Shown piece by piece: positions 1 through 8,155 of a stretch of 30,405 nucleotides of DNA. The stretch is from IMG/VR virus record IMGVR_UViG_3300017909_002920, positions 1 through 30,405 of that record. One strand, written 5' to 3'. This stretch comes from a virus (lineage: Duplodnaviria > Caudoviricetes). Every line of letters starts with the position of its first letter. Positions within the stretch are counted from its first letter, which is position 1. The notes below the pieces were generated by a model, which saw nothing but the letters and a program-made list of their open reading frames with translations, ran no database searches and was not told the origin of the DNA. Made by a program: the position numbers and the translations under genes.

Positions 1-141
1 GACGATTTGACCGGGGACTTTGGGTATTGGGCCGTGGATGCGGGAACAACGCCAATGTCCGATTTGGCAAAACAACAGTCCCTTGAACGGCTTGCCCCGG
101 TCCTTGTCCAGTTGGGCGCGGACCCGCGCCAAATCCTTGAA
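1..141. repeat. Terminal direct repeat, left copy (assembly overlap of a circular or circularly permuted genome)
   Basis: 1-141 is identical to 30265-30405 (gacgatttgacc...aaatccttgaa), and the portal reading frame continues in frame across the join. Confidence 0.97.
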
Positions 142-297
142 GAAATGGTCCGCGTGTTCCAGCTCCCGGAAAACCTTGCGTCCCCGCCGGAACCGCCGCC
201 CGGTCCGCCTGGCGCTCCCGCTTCCCCGCCGGAAGGCTTGCCGCCGGAAGGTCCCCCAATCCCAATGGAAGGGGCGGTTGCCCCAATGGAAGGATGA
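1..297 (+). CDS. C-terminal part of the portal protein (continuation of 28834..30264)
   Basis: Position 1 corresponds to 30265, which is 1431 nt (477 codons) after the ATG at 28834, so the frame DDLTGDFGYW... is continuous. It ends in a Pro-rich tail, as is common in P22-like portals. The track ORF 7..297 is not a separate gene. Confidence 0.9.
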   Translation, partial: DDLTGDFGYWAVDAGTTPMSDLAKQQSLERLAPVLVQLGADPRQILEEMVRVFQLPENLASPPEPPPGPPGAPASPPEGLPPEGPPIPMEGAVAPMEG

Positions 298-300
298 ACC

Positions 301-828
301 ATGCCTATTGACTATGGCGCAACAGTCCCAACCGATGACATCCCCGCGGACTTGCTTGCCGCGGCGGAAGAATCGGAAGCGATGGTGGAAGATGAACTTG
401 CCGGAATGGTGGAACCCTTTGACCGCCCGGTATCGCCAAAGGTAATGAACGCCCTTGCCAAAGCGATTGCCGCCGGTGCAAAAGTCATGGGCTTTGAAGT
501 AGTCCCGGACCGGTACACGGAACCCGTTGGGGAGCTGGAACCGGCGGTTGTCCGTATGCTGGGGATGTTGGCGGCGGCGGCTTCCGACTATGGCAAGCCC
601 TTCCCCGTTGACGTGGGGGACATCCGGACGGAACAGGACTTGACCGCCATAACCGCGGCAATCCTTGAACTTTCCAAGGACAAGGACTTTTCCGCCTTCC
701 TTGACGTTCCCGCGGATGATGCGGAACCGGAAGCCAATGTTGCCATTGGCATTGAAGTTTCCGAACCGGACGGGGAAGATGAAATGGAAGACTTTGACTT
801 TGCATCCCGGATGCGTCCCCGCCGGTAA
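301..828 (+). CDS. Acidic hypothetical protein of the head module (175 aa)
   Basis: ATG lies 3 nt after the portal stop with a GAAGGA SD; codon usage is typical of the genome; no recognisable domain. Confidence 0.85.
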   Translation: MPIDYGATVPTDDIPADLLAAAEESEAMVEDELAGMVEPFDRPVSPKVMNALAKAIAAGAKVMGFEVVPDRYTEPVGELEPAVVRMLGMLAAAASDYGKPFPVDVGDIRTEQDLTAITAAILELSKDKDFSAFLDVPADDAEPEANVAIGIEVSEPDGEDEMEDFDFASRMRPRR

Positions 829-837
829 GGAAGCCCC

Positions 838-1314
838 ATGGCGTTCACGTCCTTGCGCCAACGCCTTGCCAAAGCCTTTGGTTTTGGGGGGCGTCCCCGT
901 ACCGTCATCCCCCGTTCACGCCGCGCCCAATACGTTGCGCGGTTTGGCGGGGACCCTATGCGGGAGCTTGAACAAGCGATTGCGAACAAGCAACCGGTGT
1001 CCTTTTTCTACAATGACAAGTGGCAACCGGAAGGCGTCCAAGGGAAGTACGGGCAACGCGTGGGCAACCCGCACGCGGTATGGAAAGGCGCCAACGGGAC
1101 CACGTACTTGCATCTATATGTGGACCCCCAATCCGCATCCGCAACAGGGGACCTTCCCGGTTGGCGAACGTTCATCATTAGCCGCATACAAAACGTTTCC
1201 GTCCTTGAGCTGGGGACGCGCCTGTTTGGCAAACCAATCCAGTTTGTGACCGCGCCAGGTTGGAATCCCGCATGGTACCGCCAGGTAGGCCAACCGATTT
1301 ACCTAATCAAATGA
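838..1314 (+). CDS. Stand-alone WYL-domain-like protein (158 aa)
   Basis: LEQAIANKQPVSFFY...RVGNPHAV...TYLHLY...WRTFIISRIQNVSVL follows the WYL pattern (L..AI...+.F.Y...R.+.P..+...YL...R.F.+.RI). AAGGAAG SD. No HTH is recognisable in the short basic N-terminus. Confidence 0.75.
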   Translation: MAFTSLRQRLAKAFGFGGRPRTVIPRSRRAQYVARFGGDPMRELEQAIANKQPVSFFYNDKWQPEGVQGKYGQRVGNPHAVWKGANGTTYLHLYVDPQSASATGDLPGWRTFIISRIQNVSVLELGTRLFGKPIQFVTAPGWNPAWYRQVGQPIYLIK

Positions 1315-1327
1315 CAAGGAAGTCCCA

Positions 1328-2209
1328 GTGACCACCCCGGAATCATCCCTTCACGTTGCCGCCAACAGTCCCCCCCAACATCAATCCACCGCGGAAGCCG
1401 TCCTTGCGCAAGCGCAAGCCGCGCACGCCCCGGAAACCGCCCCGGAAGCCCCGGAAACGGACGCGGAACCGGATGCGGAGCTGGAACCATCCATGGTTGC
1501 CGCCATGGAAGATGAAGGCGATTTGGTGGAGTACGAAACCACGGACGCAAACGGAAACAAACGCGTCCGGAAGCTATCTTGGAATGAAGCAATCAAGCGG
1601 GCGGACCCGGAAATTGCGGCCCTTATGCGGGGGATGCAACGGGACTATACGCAAAAGCGGCAAGCGGACGCGGAAAAGCACCGGGAATGGATGCGGGAGC
1701 GGGAAGTCTTGTCCAACGCCGCGGACCGCCTGGCGGAGCTGGAAGCCAAACGGGAACAAATGGAATGGGACCCGTTCAATCCGGAAGCGGTGAACAACCT
1801 GATTGAATCCATGGTTGCGCAACGGCTTCAAGAGGTTCTTGAACCAATGCAACAGGAATACCAAACCATCCAAGCGGAAGATTCATACAAAGCGTTCCTT
1901 GCCGCAAATCCGGACTTCAAGACGGACGTTGGCTTGCGGTCGGAAGTTCAACATTTGCTTGAAGGGAACCCCGCCTTGGACTTGGAAACGGCCTATGCGG
2001 CCGCAAAAGGGAAACAGCTAATGGCGGAAGCCAAAGCCGCCAAAGCCCAACGGGCGGCGGACCGCAAGGCCCGCAAGGAAGCGGCGTTGACCGCTACCGC
2101 TCCCGCCAGGCGGTCAACCAACCGCGGCCTTCCGGGGCGCTCCAACATGCGCAAGATGTCTAACGCCGATATTTTGGAAATGGCCAAAGCCGCGCACCGC
2201 AACCGATAG
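1328..2209 (+). CDS. Capsid scaffolding protein (293 aa, GTG start)
   Basis: Acidic disordered N-terminus, coiled-coil core with GMQRDYTQKRQ (the DYTxK motif frequent in phage scaffolds), basic C-terminus; directly upstream of the capsid gene; AAGGA SD at 1316-1320. Confidence 0.8.
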   Translation: MTTPESSLHVAANSPPQHQSTAEAVLAQAQAAHAPETAPEAPETDAEPDAELEPSMVAAMEDEGDLVEYETTDANGNKRVRKLSWNEAIKRADPEIAALMRGMQRDYTQKRQADAEKHREWMREREVLSNAADRLAELEAKREQMEWDPFNPEAVNNLIESMVAQRLQEVLEPMQQEYQTIQAEDSYKAFLAANPDFKTDVGLRSEVQHLLEGNPALDLETAYAAAKGKQLMAEAKAAKAQRAADRKARKEAALTATAPARRSTNRGLPGRSNMRKMSNADILEMAKAAHRNR

Positions 2210-2210
2210 T

Positions 2211-2239
2211 TGGACATAACCAACGGCCCGTGGTAGCCT
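2211..2239 (+). promoter_or_regulatory. Sigma70-type promoter upstream of the major capsid gene
   Basis: -35 TGGACA (2211-2216), 17-nt spacer ending in TGG, -10 TAGCCT (2234-2239), i.e. an extended -10 TGnTAnnnT. Confidence 0.65.
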
Positions 2240-2244
2240 TTGGC

Positions 2245-2350
2245 AATACGTGGGCTACCCGTTTTCGGCGCCAACGGACGCAAGGAACCCTTCAAAGGGC
2301 ACGCCTAAACCGTAGCATCCCCCCAAAACATCCCACTTGGACGTATCAAC
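2245..2350 (+). promoter_or_regulatory. Structured 5' leader of the capsid mRNA (candidate cis-regulatory RNA)
   Basis: Nested complementarities: ATACGT 2246-2251/ACGTAT 2341-2346; GCTAC 2254-2258/GTAGC 2312-2316; CCGTT 2259-2263/AACGG 2273-2277; CCCT 2288-2291/AGGG 2296-2299. Confidence 0.5.
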
Positions 2351-3400
2351 ATGCCCCCAAGTTCCGTTCTTACAACCACGCTTCAGCTCCTTCGGGACAA
2401 GCTGGTTGACAACAGCTTCCTTGCGCATCCCCTGATTGCCGCCATTCAGGAACACGGCAACCTTGTCAAAGTTTCCGGCGGCTCCCGCGTGGAACAACCC
2501 GTGATTTTCGGGGAACACAGTTCCATTTCCGAACTGAATAGCGGTTTCGAACCCGTCAACATGGCGGTTACGGACCCTTTTCACACCGCGAAATTCGAAT
2601 ATTCGAATTTCACCGCCCCTGTTGTCCTTTCCGCGGTCGAAAAGGCCGCCAACAAGGGGGATTTGGCCGTGGTGAACATCTTGGAATCCAAGATGAAGAA
2701 CGTACTCCTGGCGATGAAAAAAGAAGTTTGCCAGCAAATCATTCGCGGCAACGCTTCCAAGATTTCCACGCTTCAAACCTTGAACGGCAACGGCGTTTCG
2801 TCGGGCGGCGTGGACATTACCGCGCCCAACACAACCGGTTGGCTTGAAGCGCGTGCGCAAGCCGCACAAACCAACACGGTTGGCGGCCTTTCCAAGACTA
2901 CCTTCCAAGCCCAGAACTGGTACAACCAGTTCGTGGACGCGGGCGGAACGCTTGCCCTTGCCAATCTGGATGAACTGTTCATTCAATCCCAGCTGTACAA
3001 CCCCGCCGGTTCTACCCCGGACATCATGCTGATGTCCCCCAACGCATACGCGGCCTTCCTGGCGTTGATGGATGCACGGATTCAGTACATTTCTGTTGGC
3101 GACCGGGAAGGACTCAATCAGGAAATGGTCCCAACGTACCGGGGCGCCCGCATCTATGTGGACCCCAACCTTGGGTACAACGTCCATTCCACCATTTCCG
3201 CCAACCGGGAACCCGTTTCCGCGTATCTACTGAGTTCCGATCAGTTCCAACTTTACGTGGATACGGACGGATTCTTCAACGTGGGCGAAATGGAACGCGT
3301 CCCCGGTACCGCAACGGAAGCCGCCATGATTTTCTGCCGTATGCAGTTGGTCACGGGGCATCTTGCATCCCATTCCATTCTTCTTGACGCTGAGGCTTGA
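2351..3400 (+). CDS. Major capsid protein (349 aa)
   Basis: Size and position after the scaffold. The N-terminus TTTLQLLRDKLVDNSFLAHPL..VSGGSRVEQPV and later PDIMLMSPNAY..F and YRGARIYVD resemble podovirus HK97-fold capsids. Confidence 0.9.
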   Translation: MPPSSVLTTTLQLLRDKLVDNSFLAHPLIAAIQEHGNLVKVSGGSRVEQPVIFGEHSSISELNSGFEPVNMAVTDPFHTAKFEYSNFTAPVVLSAVEKAANKGDLAVVNILESKMKNVLLAMKKEVCQQIIRGNASKISTLQTLNGNGVSSGGVDITAPNTTGWLEARAQAAQTNTVGGLSKTTFQAQNWYNQFVDAGGTLALANLDELFIQSQLYNPAGSTPDIMLMSPNAYAAFLALMDARIQYISVGDREGLNQEMVPTYRGARIYVDPNLGYNVHSTISANREPVSAYLLSSDQFQLYVDTDGFFNVGEMERVPGTATEAAMIFCRMQLVTGHLASHSILLDAEA

Positions 3401-3404
3401 TCAA

Positions 3405-3842
3405 ATGGCAACTTCAACCCTTGTACAGTTTCTTGCGTCCGGTGAGGCCGGGGACACTTCGCACCGCCGCCAGGTTGAAACCTACCTTGCGTCCGGGGCA
3501 ATCACCAAAGGCGATATTGTCGCGTTCGATGACGGCAAGACCGGGGCGGACCGCATCCTGTATGTCGAACAGGCCGGTATCGTCGCAACCGGAAACGGCC
3601 TTGCCGCGGGCGTTGCGCTGGAAACCGTTGCCGCGGATGAACAGGTCCGCGTCATCGTTGCCGGGTACGCGGAAGACGTGTCTTGCGCGGCGGGCGTCGC
3701 TACCGCAACCGTGGTGAACGCCGCCGGAACCGCCGCCGGACAAGCGGAAGCCGCCGCCGCCGGTGATACCGCGGTGTTTGGTGTCACCGTGGAACCGGAA
3801 GCGGGCGGAACCGTGGATTTGATCGTCTACAAACGGTTCTAA
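3405..3842 (+). CDS. Capsid cement/decoration protein (145 aa)
   Basis: Small Ala/Gly/Val-rich beta protein right after the capsid gene, with ASGAITKGDIV and GVALETVAADEQVRV..G typical of DUF2190-like cement proteins. Start moved to ATG 3405. Confidence 0.75.
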   Translation: MATSTLVQFLASGEAGDTSHRRQVETYLASGAITKGDIVAFDDGKTGADRILYVEQAGIVATGNGLAAGVALETVAADEQVRVIVAGYAEDVSCAAGVATATVVNAAGTAAGQAEAAAAGDTAVFGVTVEPEAGGTVDLIVYKRF

Positions 3843-3867
3843 CCTCCTGGGGTCTTCCCAGACCCTT

Positions 3868-3913
3868 GCCCGTTCCCGGTGTCCCCCCTACCGGGGACGG
3901 GCTTTTCTGTTTT
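3868..3913 (+). terminator. Rho-independent terminator of the capsid operon
   Basis: 13-bp stem GCCCGTTCCCGGT (3868-3880)/ACCGGGGACGGGC (3890-3902, one G-U pair), C-rich loop, followed by TTTTCTGTTTT. Confidence 0.9.
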
Positions 3914-3927
3914 CATAGGCGGACCGC

Positions 3928-5319
3928 ATGAACCTTGGACAGTTGATCGATTTTGTCGGCAACCTGTTGGACTATGACCCTTCAAACAGTTCATACAGGG
4001 AACAGTTGGTTGCGCTTATCAACGACGCCCAAACCCGCATCTTAACGGACCGGCCTTGGGATTTTGCCCAACGGGACCGCAAGGTAAAGGCTTGGACGGA
4101 CACAACCGCGGACTTCAACTTCACGTTTGGTTCCGACGCGGTGACGGGCGCCTTGTTCCCGGTGTCAACGGATATGGTCCGCCCCGGAAGCGAGTGGACC
4201 GGGGCAACATTCACGGTCCCCAACGCGGCGGGGGAGCTGGAAGCGTACCGGATTGCGTGGGTAAAATCCGCAACGGAACTGTACTTGGACCGCCCCTTCA
4301 CAACCACGCTTTCCGGCGTGCGGAACGTCACCTTGCGGCGGCGGGATGTCTTCCTTCCGTCCGATTGTCTGCAAGTTCAAAACGTTTCGGACCCTTCCGT
4401 GGGTATCCCCGCCAAAGCCTTGTTCCTTTCCCGTTGGGAACGGGAAGATGCGGACTTGGACCCGGACCTGTTGGGCGTGGTGGAAGCGTACCTTCCCACG
4501 GACGGGAAGGTGATTCCAGCTCCCAACCGCCCAACGGGCGTGTCCGTCGTTGCGGGCGTGTCCCAAGGCGTCCGAACCATCAACGTGTATCAGGTCAACG
4601 TCCGGGGACCTTCCGCCACAAACTTTCCCGTATATCCGCGGGACGTATCGGACGGGTTTGAATCCGCGTTTTCAAAGGTCCGCGTGTTCAACCTGGCGGA
4701 CAACCAAACGCTTTCCTTCCAACCGCAACCGTTGGACCCGCAAACGGGCCTTTGGCGGCGGTATTACTTCACGTGTCCGGAAGCGGGTATCCTTGCCCCG
4801 GTCCGCATCCGCCATACGGAACCGCTTGAACCAACGGGCGTGACAACGGGAACCGATACTGTACCGCCGGACAACCCCGCCTTTGGGGGGATGGTACTGT
4901 TGCCGAACCTGGCGCTTTCCCACTTGGATACGCAAGCCTTCCGCGCCAGCTCCATCCGCTATGTATGGAACCAATCCGCCGCATATCAGTCCATCCAGAC
5001 ATACCCGCACGTGTCCGGGGACCAATACTTGAACGTGCGCATGTTGGTCAATCCGGAACGGTTGCAGGAAGATCAAGACGCCCCATTGGTTCCCCACGCC
5101 TATGCCCAAATGATTGCATACGCGGCCCTTGAAAACCTTGCGTTGAAGGTAGACAATCCGGCCTTGTCCGCGGTCTATGCCCGCAAAAAGGATGTCTTGT
5201 ACCGGGGTATGGAACAAGCGTACCTTCAAGCCGTCCCCCGTCGCATTGTCCGCGGCAACCCGACCGCCGGGTATCGCTTTGTTCGCAATCCCTTTGGGAA
5301 GTTGACGTTCACGCCATGA
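3928..5319 (+). CDS. Head-tail adaptor protein with a large beta-rich insertion (463 aa)
   Basis: Adaptor-like N-terminus (MNLGQL...LVALINDAQTRI...PWDF) and C-terminus (DAPLVPHAYAQMIAYAAL) flank about 300 aa of beta-type sequence; first gene after the head operon. Confidence 0.7.
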   Translation: MNLGQLIDFVGNLLDYDPSNSSYREQLVALINDAQTRILTDRPWDFAQRDRKVKAWTDTTADFNFTFGSDAVTGALFPVSTDMVRPGSEWTGATFTVPNAAGELEAYRIAWVKSATELYLDRPFTTTLSGVRNVTLRRRDVFLPSDCLQVQNVSDPSVGIPAKALFLSRWEREDADLDPDLLGVVEAYLPTDGKVIPAPNRPTGVSVVAGVSQGVRTINVYQVNVRGPSATNFPVYPRDVSDGFESAFSKVRVFNLADNQTLSFQPQPLDPQTGLWRRYYFTCPEAGILAPVRIRHTEPLEPTGVTTGTDTVPPDNPAFGGMVLLPNLALSHLDTQAFRASSIRYVWNQSAAYQSIQTYPHVSGDQYLNVRMLVNPERLQEDQDAPLVPHAYAQMIAYAALENLALKVDNPALSAVYARKKDVLYRGMEQAYLQAVPRRIVRGNPTAGYRFVRNPFGKLTFTP

Positions 5320-7496
5320 AACAACAGGTTTACCAAGTTCCGATTGCGGGCGGCGTTGCCACTTCGCTTCCACAAAACCCCATGGATGCGGGCGTTGCGG
5401 AAAACGTCTTCATTGACAAGCCCACGGGCGGTTGGTCAACCCGCGTGGGGTATGAACCGTGGATTCCAAGCGCAACATCATGGACGCCTTTTGGGAACAC
5501 CGGTCCCGTGTACGCGTTGCACGTTGCGCAAGCCCTTTCCGGCGGCGGGCGTCAAACCGTGTTGTATGAAGCGGACGGAAACCTGTTTCTCTTGTATGAA
5601 CTGGAAGGCGTGGATTCCGTGGTGGAGCTGGCGGACAACCGCCATATTCCAACCGCAACGGAACCTGGCGCGTGGTTCACGGATACCGCATACGGGACCG
5701 TCATTACCAACGGCGTTGACCGCCCGCTATTGGTCCGCCCGTGGCCGTTGCCGGGGACCTCGCATGTTGCCAGCGCAGCGGCCCAATGCGTCCGCCCGTT
5801 TGGCTTCCAAGGGCTTCCAACGCCCGTGGAACCACGCGTGGTGAAGCCTATGCCCGCTCCCCCGTCGTTCGGTCCCCCCAAGGCGTCCGGGAATGGGGCG
5901 GTAACCCTTTGGTGTCCTTCCGACGGGCAAGCGATTCCGGACGGGGGACGTTGGGGTTTGGGCTTTGCTAACAACGTGGGCGGGGATTCCGGGGACAAGG
6001 AAGCCTTGTTTGGTTGGGCGGTTTCCTTCATCACGGACACGGGAAGTGAAGGACCGGTATCCACGCTCCAATCAACCCGTTGGGGGCTTCCAGCGGACGC
6101 GGAAGGGTTCCGGCACGCGTGCGCCTTGGACATCCCTATTGGGCCGCCAGGGACCGTTGCGCGGAAGCTATACCGCACGTCCAACTATTCGGATGACTTT
6201 GTGAACGACGGGGACACAACCCTGTACTTCATCGATACCATCCGGAACAACGTGGAACCCTTGTTTTTTGATGCGGTGAACACCGCCAACTTGGGGCAAC
6301 CCTCCCCCGCAATCGCAACTGGACCGCTTCCAGCTCCGCAAGCCCGGTTTTCTGCCTTGTTTGCCGGTTGCCTTTGGCTTGACGGTGGAGTCAACGACGG
6401 GCGAACCCTGTACTATTCAACCATTGGGTTGATTGAACAGTTTGCCGCGGACGCCTTCATTGAACTATCCGCCCGCGGCGGTTCCGTGACCGCGTTGTTT
6501 TCCCACTACAATACGCTCTTGGTATTCCGGGAACGTGGGATTGATATTGTCCAAGGGACGTACAAGGACGGCTTCCAAGTCACCACGCTAACGGAAGGCG
6601 TTACGTGCCGCGCACCGCATACGATTGCAGCGGTTCCCGGTTTGGGTATCGTCTTCCTTGCGGTTGACGGCGTTTACGCGGTCATTGGCGGCCTTACGGG
6701 CGGTGCGGTGAATGAAGTCATCAACTTGACCATTCCGCAAGAGGAGTTCATACAGACATTCACGCAAGATTGCCATCCCAAGGCGGTTGGTTGCTATTCG
6801 GAACTGACGCGGGAATACCACGTGTACGTTCCAACAGGCGGAAACGACCGCCCGGACCGGGGACTTGTTCTTCACGTTGACCGCCTGGCGCGGGAAGAAT
6901 CCTTGTCCGCATGGACAACCCGCAAGGGCTTCCCGGTTGGGGCAATCGCAACGTTGTATGACGGAACCATCATCTTCGGACACAACACGGGAGCGGAAGC
7001 GGGCGGAAGTCAAAGTCAACGCGGGTTGTTTGTCATTAGCCACAAACGTTCCCTTGGGATGGAGTACAACGCGGACCCGCAACCCGTGTTGGAATACACG
7101 TCCCCCCCAACGTCCATATATCGTTCCGCTTGGACGGCCTTTGGGGACCCGCAACTGATGAAGCAAGTTTCATACGTGACCCTTTGGGTAATGACAACGG
7201 GCAAGCCACAAATCCAAATGCGCCATTACAAGGACTTTTCCTTGGTTCCCACGTTGGAACGGACGTACACGGCCCAAAGCCCGGATTCAATCCCGCAAGT
7301 GGTACTGGATGGTTTCCAGCTGGGAACCGGGGACTATCGGATTGACCGCCTTGTACCCTTGCGGTTTTCCGTTGCGCATCAATCCGCCGCGTGGTTTTGC
7401 TTTGAAATCGAAACAACGGAAGACTTGGTTTTGGTTGGGTATGAATATGAATACACAACCAAGGGAACGCGCGTGGTTGCCGGGGTTGTCGCATGA
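5316..7496 (+). CDS. Tail nozzle / packaged-DNA stabilisation protein (P22 gp10- or T7 gp12-like, 726 aa)
   Basis: ATGA overlap with the adaptor; propeller-like motifs (VITNGVDRP, LYYS, LLVFRERGI, GIVFLAVDGVY); size and position fit. Confidence 0.75.
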   Translation: MKQQVYQVPIAGGVATSLPQNPMDAGVAENVFIDKPTGGWSTRVGYEPWIPSATSWTPFGNTGPVYALHVAQALSGGGRQTVLYEADGNLFLLYELEGVDSVVELADNRHIPTATEPGAWFTDTAYGTVITNGVDRPLLVRPWPLPGTSHVASAAAQCVRPFGFQGLPTPVEPRVVKPMPAPPSFGPPKASGNGAVTLWCPSDGQAIPDGGRWGLGFANNVGGDSGDKEALFGWAVSFITDTGSEGPVSTLQSTRWGLPADAEGFRHACALDIPIGPPGTVARKLYRTSNYSDDFVNDGDTTLYFIDTIRNNVEPLFFDAVNTANLGQPSPAIATGPLPAPQARFSALFAGCLWLDGGVNDGRTLYYSTIGLIEQFAADAFIELSARGGSVTALFSHYNTLLVFRERGIDIVQGTYKDGFQVTTLTEGVTCRAPHTIAAVPGLGIVFLAVDGVYAVIGGLTGGAVNEVINLTIPQEEFIQTFTQDCHPKAVGCYSELTREYHVYVPTGGNDRPDRGLVLHVDRLAREESLSAWTTRKGFPVGAIATLYDGTIIFGHNTGAEAGGSQSQRGLFVISHKRSLGMEYNADPQPVLEYTSPPTSIYRSAWTAFGDPQLMKQVSYVTLWVMTTGKPQIQMRHYKDFSLVPTLERTYTAQSPDSIPQVVLDGFQLGTGDYRIDRLVPLRFSVAHQSAAWFCFEIETTEDLVLVGYEYEYTTKGTRVVAGVVA

Positions 7497-8155
7497 AAAA
7501 GTGGACGCAAGCGGAAGCAAGGGCGGGAAGGTCCGTTTCCCCGGAATCCATCAACGCGGAAGTCCGTGCCCAACAGGCGTCAATGACGGCCTTGGACCGG
7601 ACTCAAATGCCGGGGAACGCGTGGTTGGATGACGCGTATTTGCGGGACTATGCCTTGCATCAAATCTGGCAACAAGATTTGGTTGGTTCATCGGGGGAAC
7701 AGCAGAACGAAAGGGACGCAAACGTTGGTCCCCAATGTTGGGTTTCCAGTACAATCCAAACCGCCGCGGGCGGTTGGCGTACATTGACAACACAAACCCT
7801 AACGGGATTCAAGGGCGGTTCCCTTTTCGTTGAATGGTCTGCAAACGTGTACGTGAACAACGTGTTTGCGTATGGAATCAACGACGGGAAGCCCGGTTCC
7901 CCAAACTATGTCAATATGCGCATCCTTGTAAATGGCGTCAATATCGGGGAACGCCGCGGTGGCGGGTATCACCAACAAGCGCGTATCATCGGCACGCAAC
8001 GCCTTCCGCCCGGTGACTTGACCCTATCCCTTCAATGGCGGGACACGCCCACTTCCCAAGACGCGGCAACCGTGGAATCATTTGGGGGCAATACCCGGAT
8101 TCCATATGCGCACCTTTGGAACAACCGTTGGATTGCCATTGGGAGATACCGCTAA
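7493..8155 (+). CDS. Tail or fibre-like virion protein (220 aa)
   Basis: ATGA overlap; N-terminal AGRSVSPESINAE attachment-like motif; C-terminal beta-sandwich-like sequence. Confidence 0.6.
   Translation: MKKWTQAEARAGRSVSPESINAEVRAQQASMTALDRTQMPGNAWLDDAYLRDYALHQIWQQDLVGSSGEQQNERDANVGPQCWVSSTIQTAAGGWRTLTTQTLTGFKGGSLFVEWSANVYVNNVFAYGINDGKPGSPNYVNMRILVNGVNIGERRGGGYHQQARIIGTQRLPPGDLTLSLQWRDTPTSQDAATVESFGGNTRIPYAHLWNNRWIAIGRYR

Noticed and set aside
1-141. Biological direct terminal repeat or att site
   Set aside because: It falls mid-portal with the frame intact, no integrase is present, and the length is typical of an assembler overlap.
3363-3404. Programmed frameshift fusing capsid and cement proteins
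   Set aside because: The cement frame is open across the capsid end, but there is no recognisable slippery site and ATG 3405 explains the gene.
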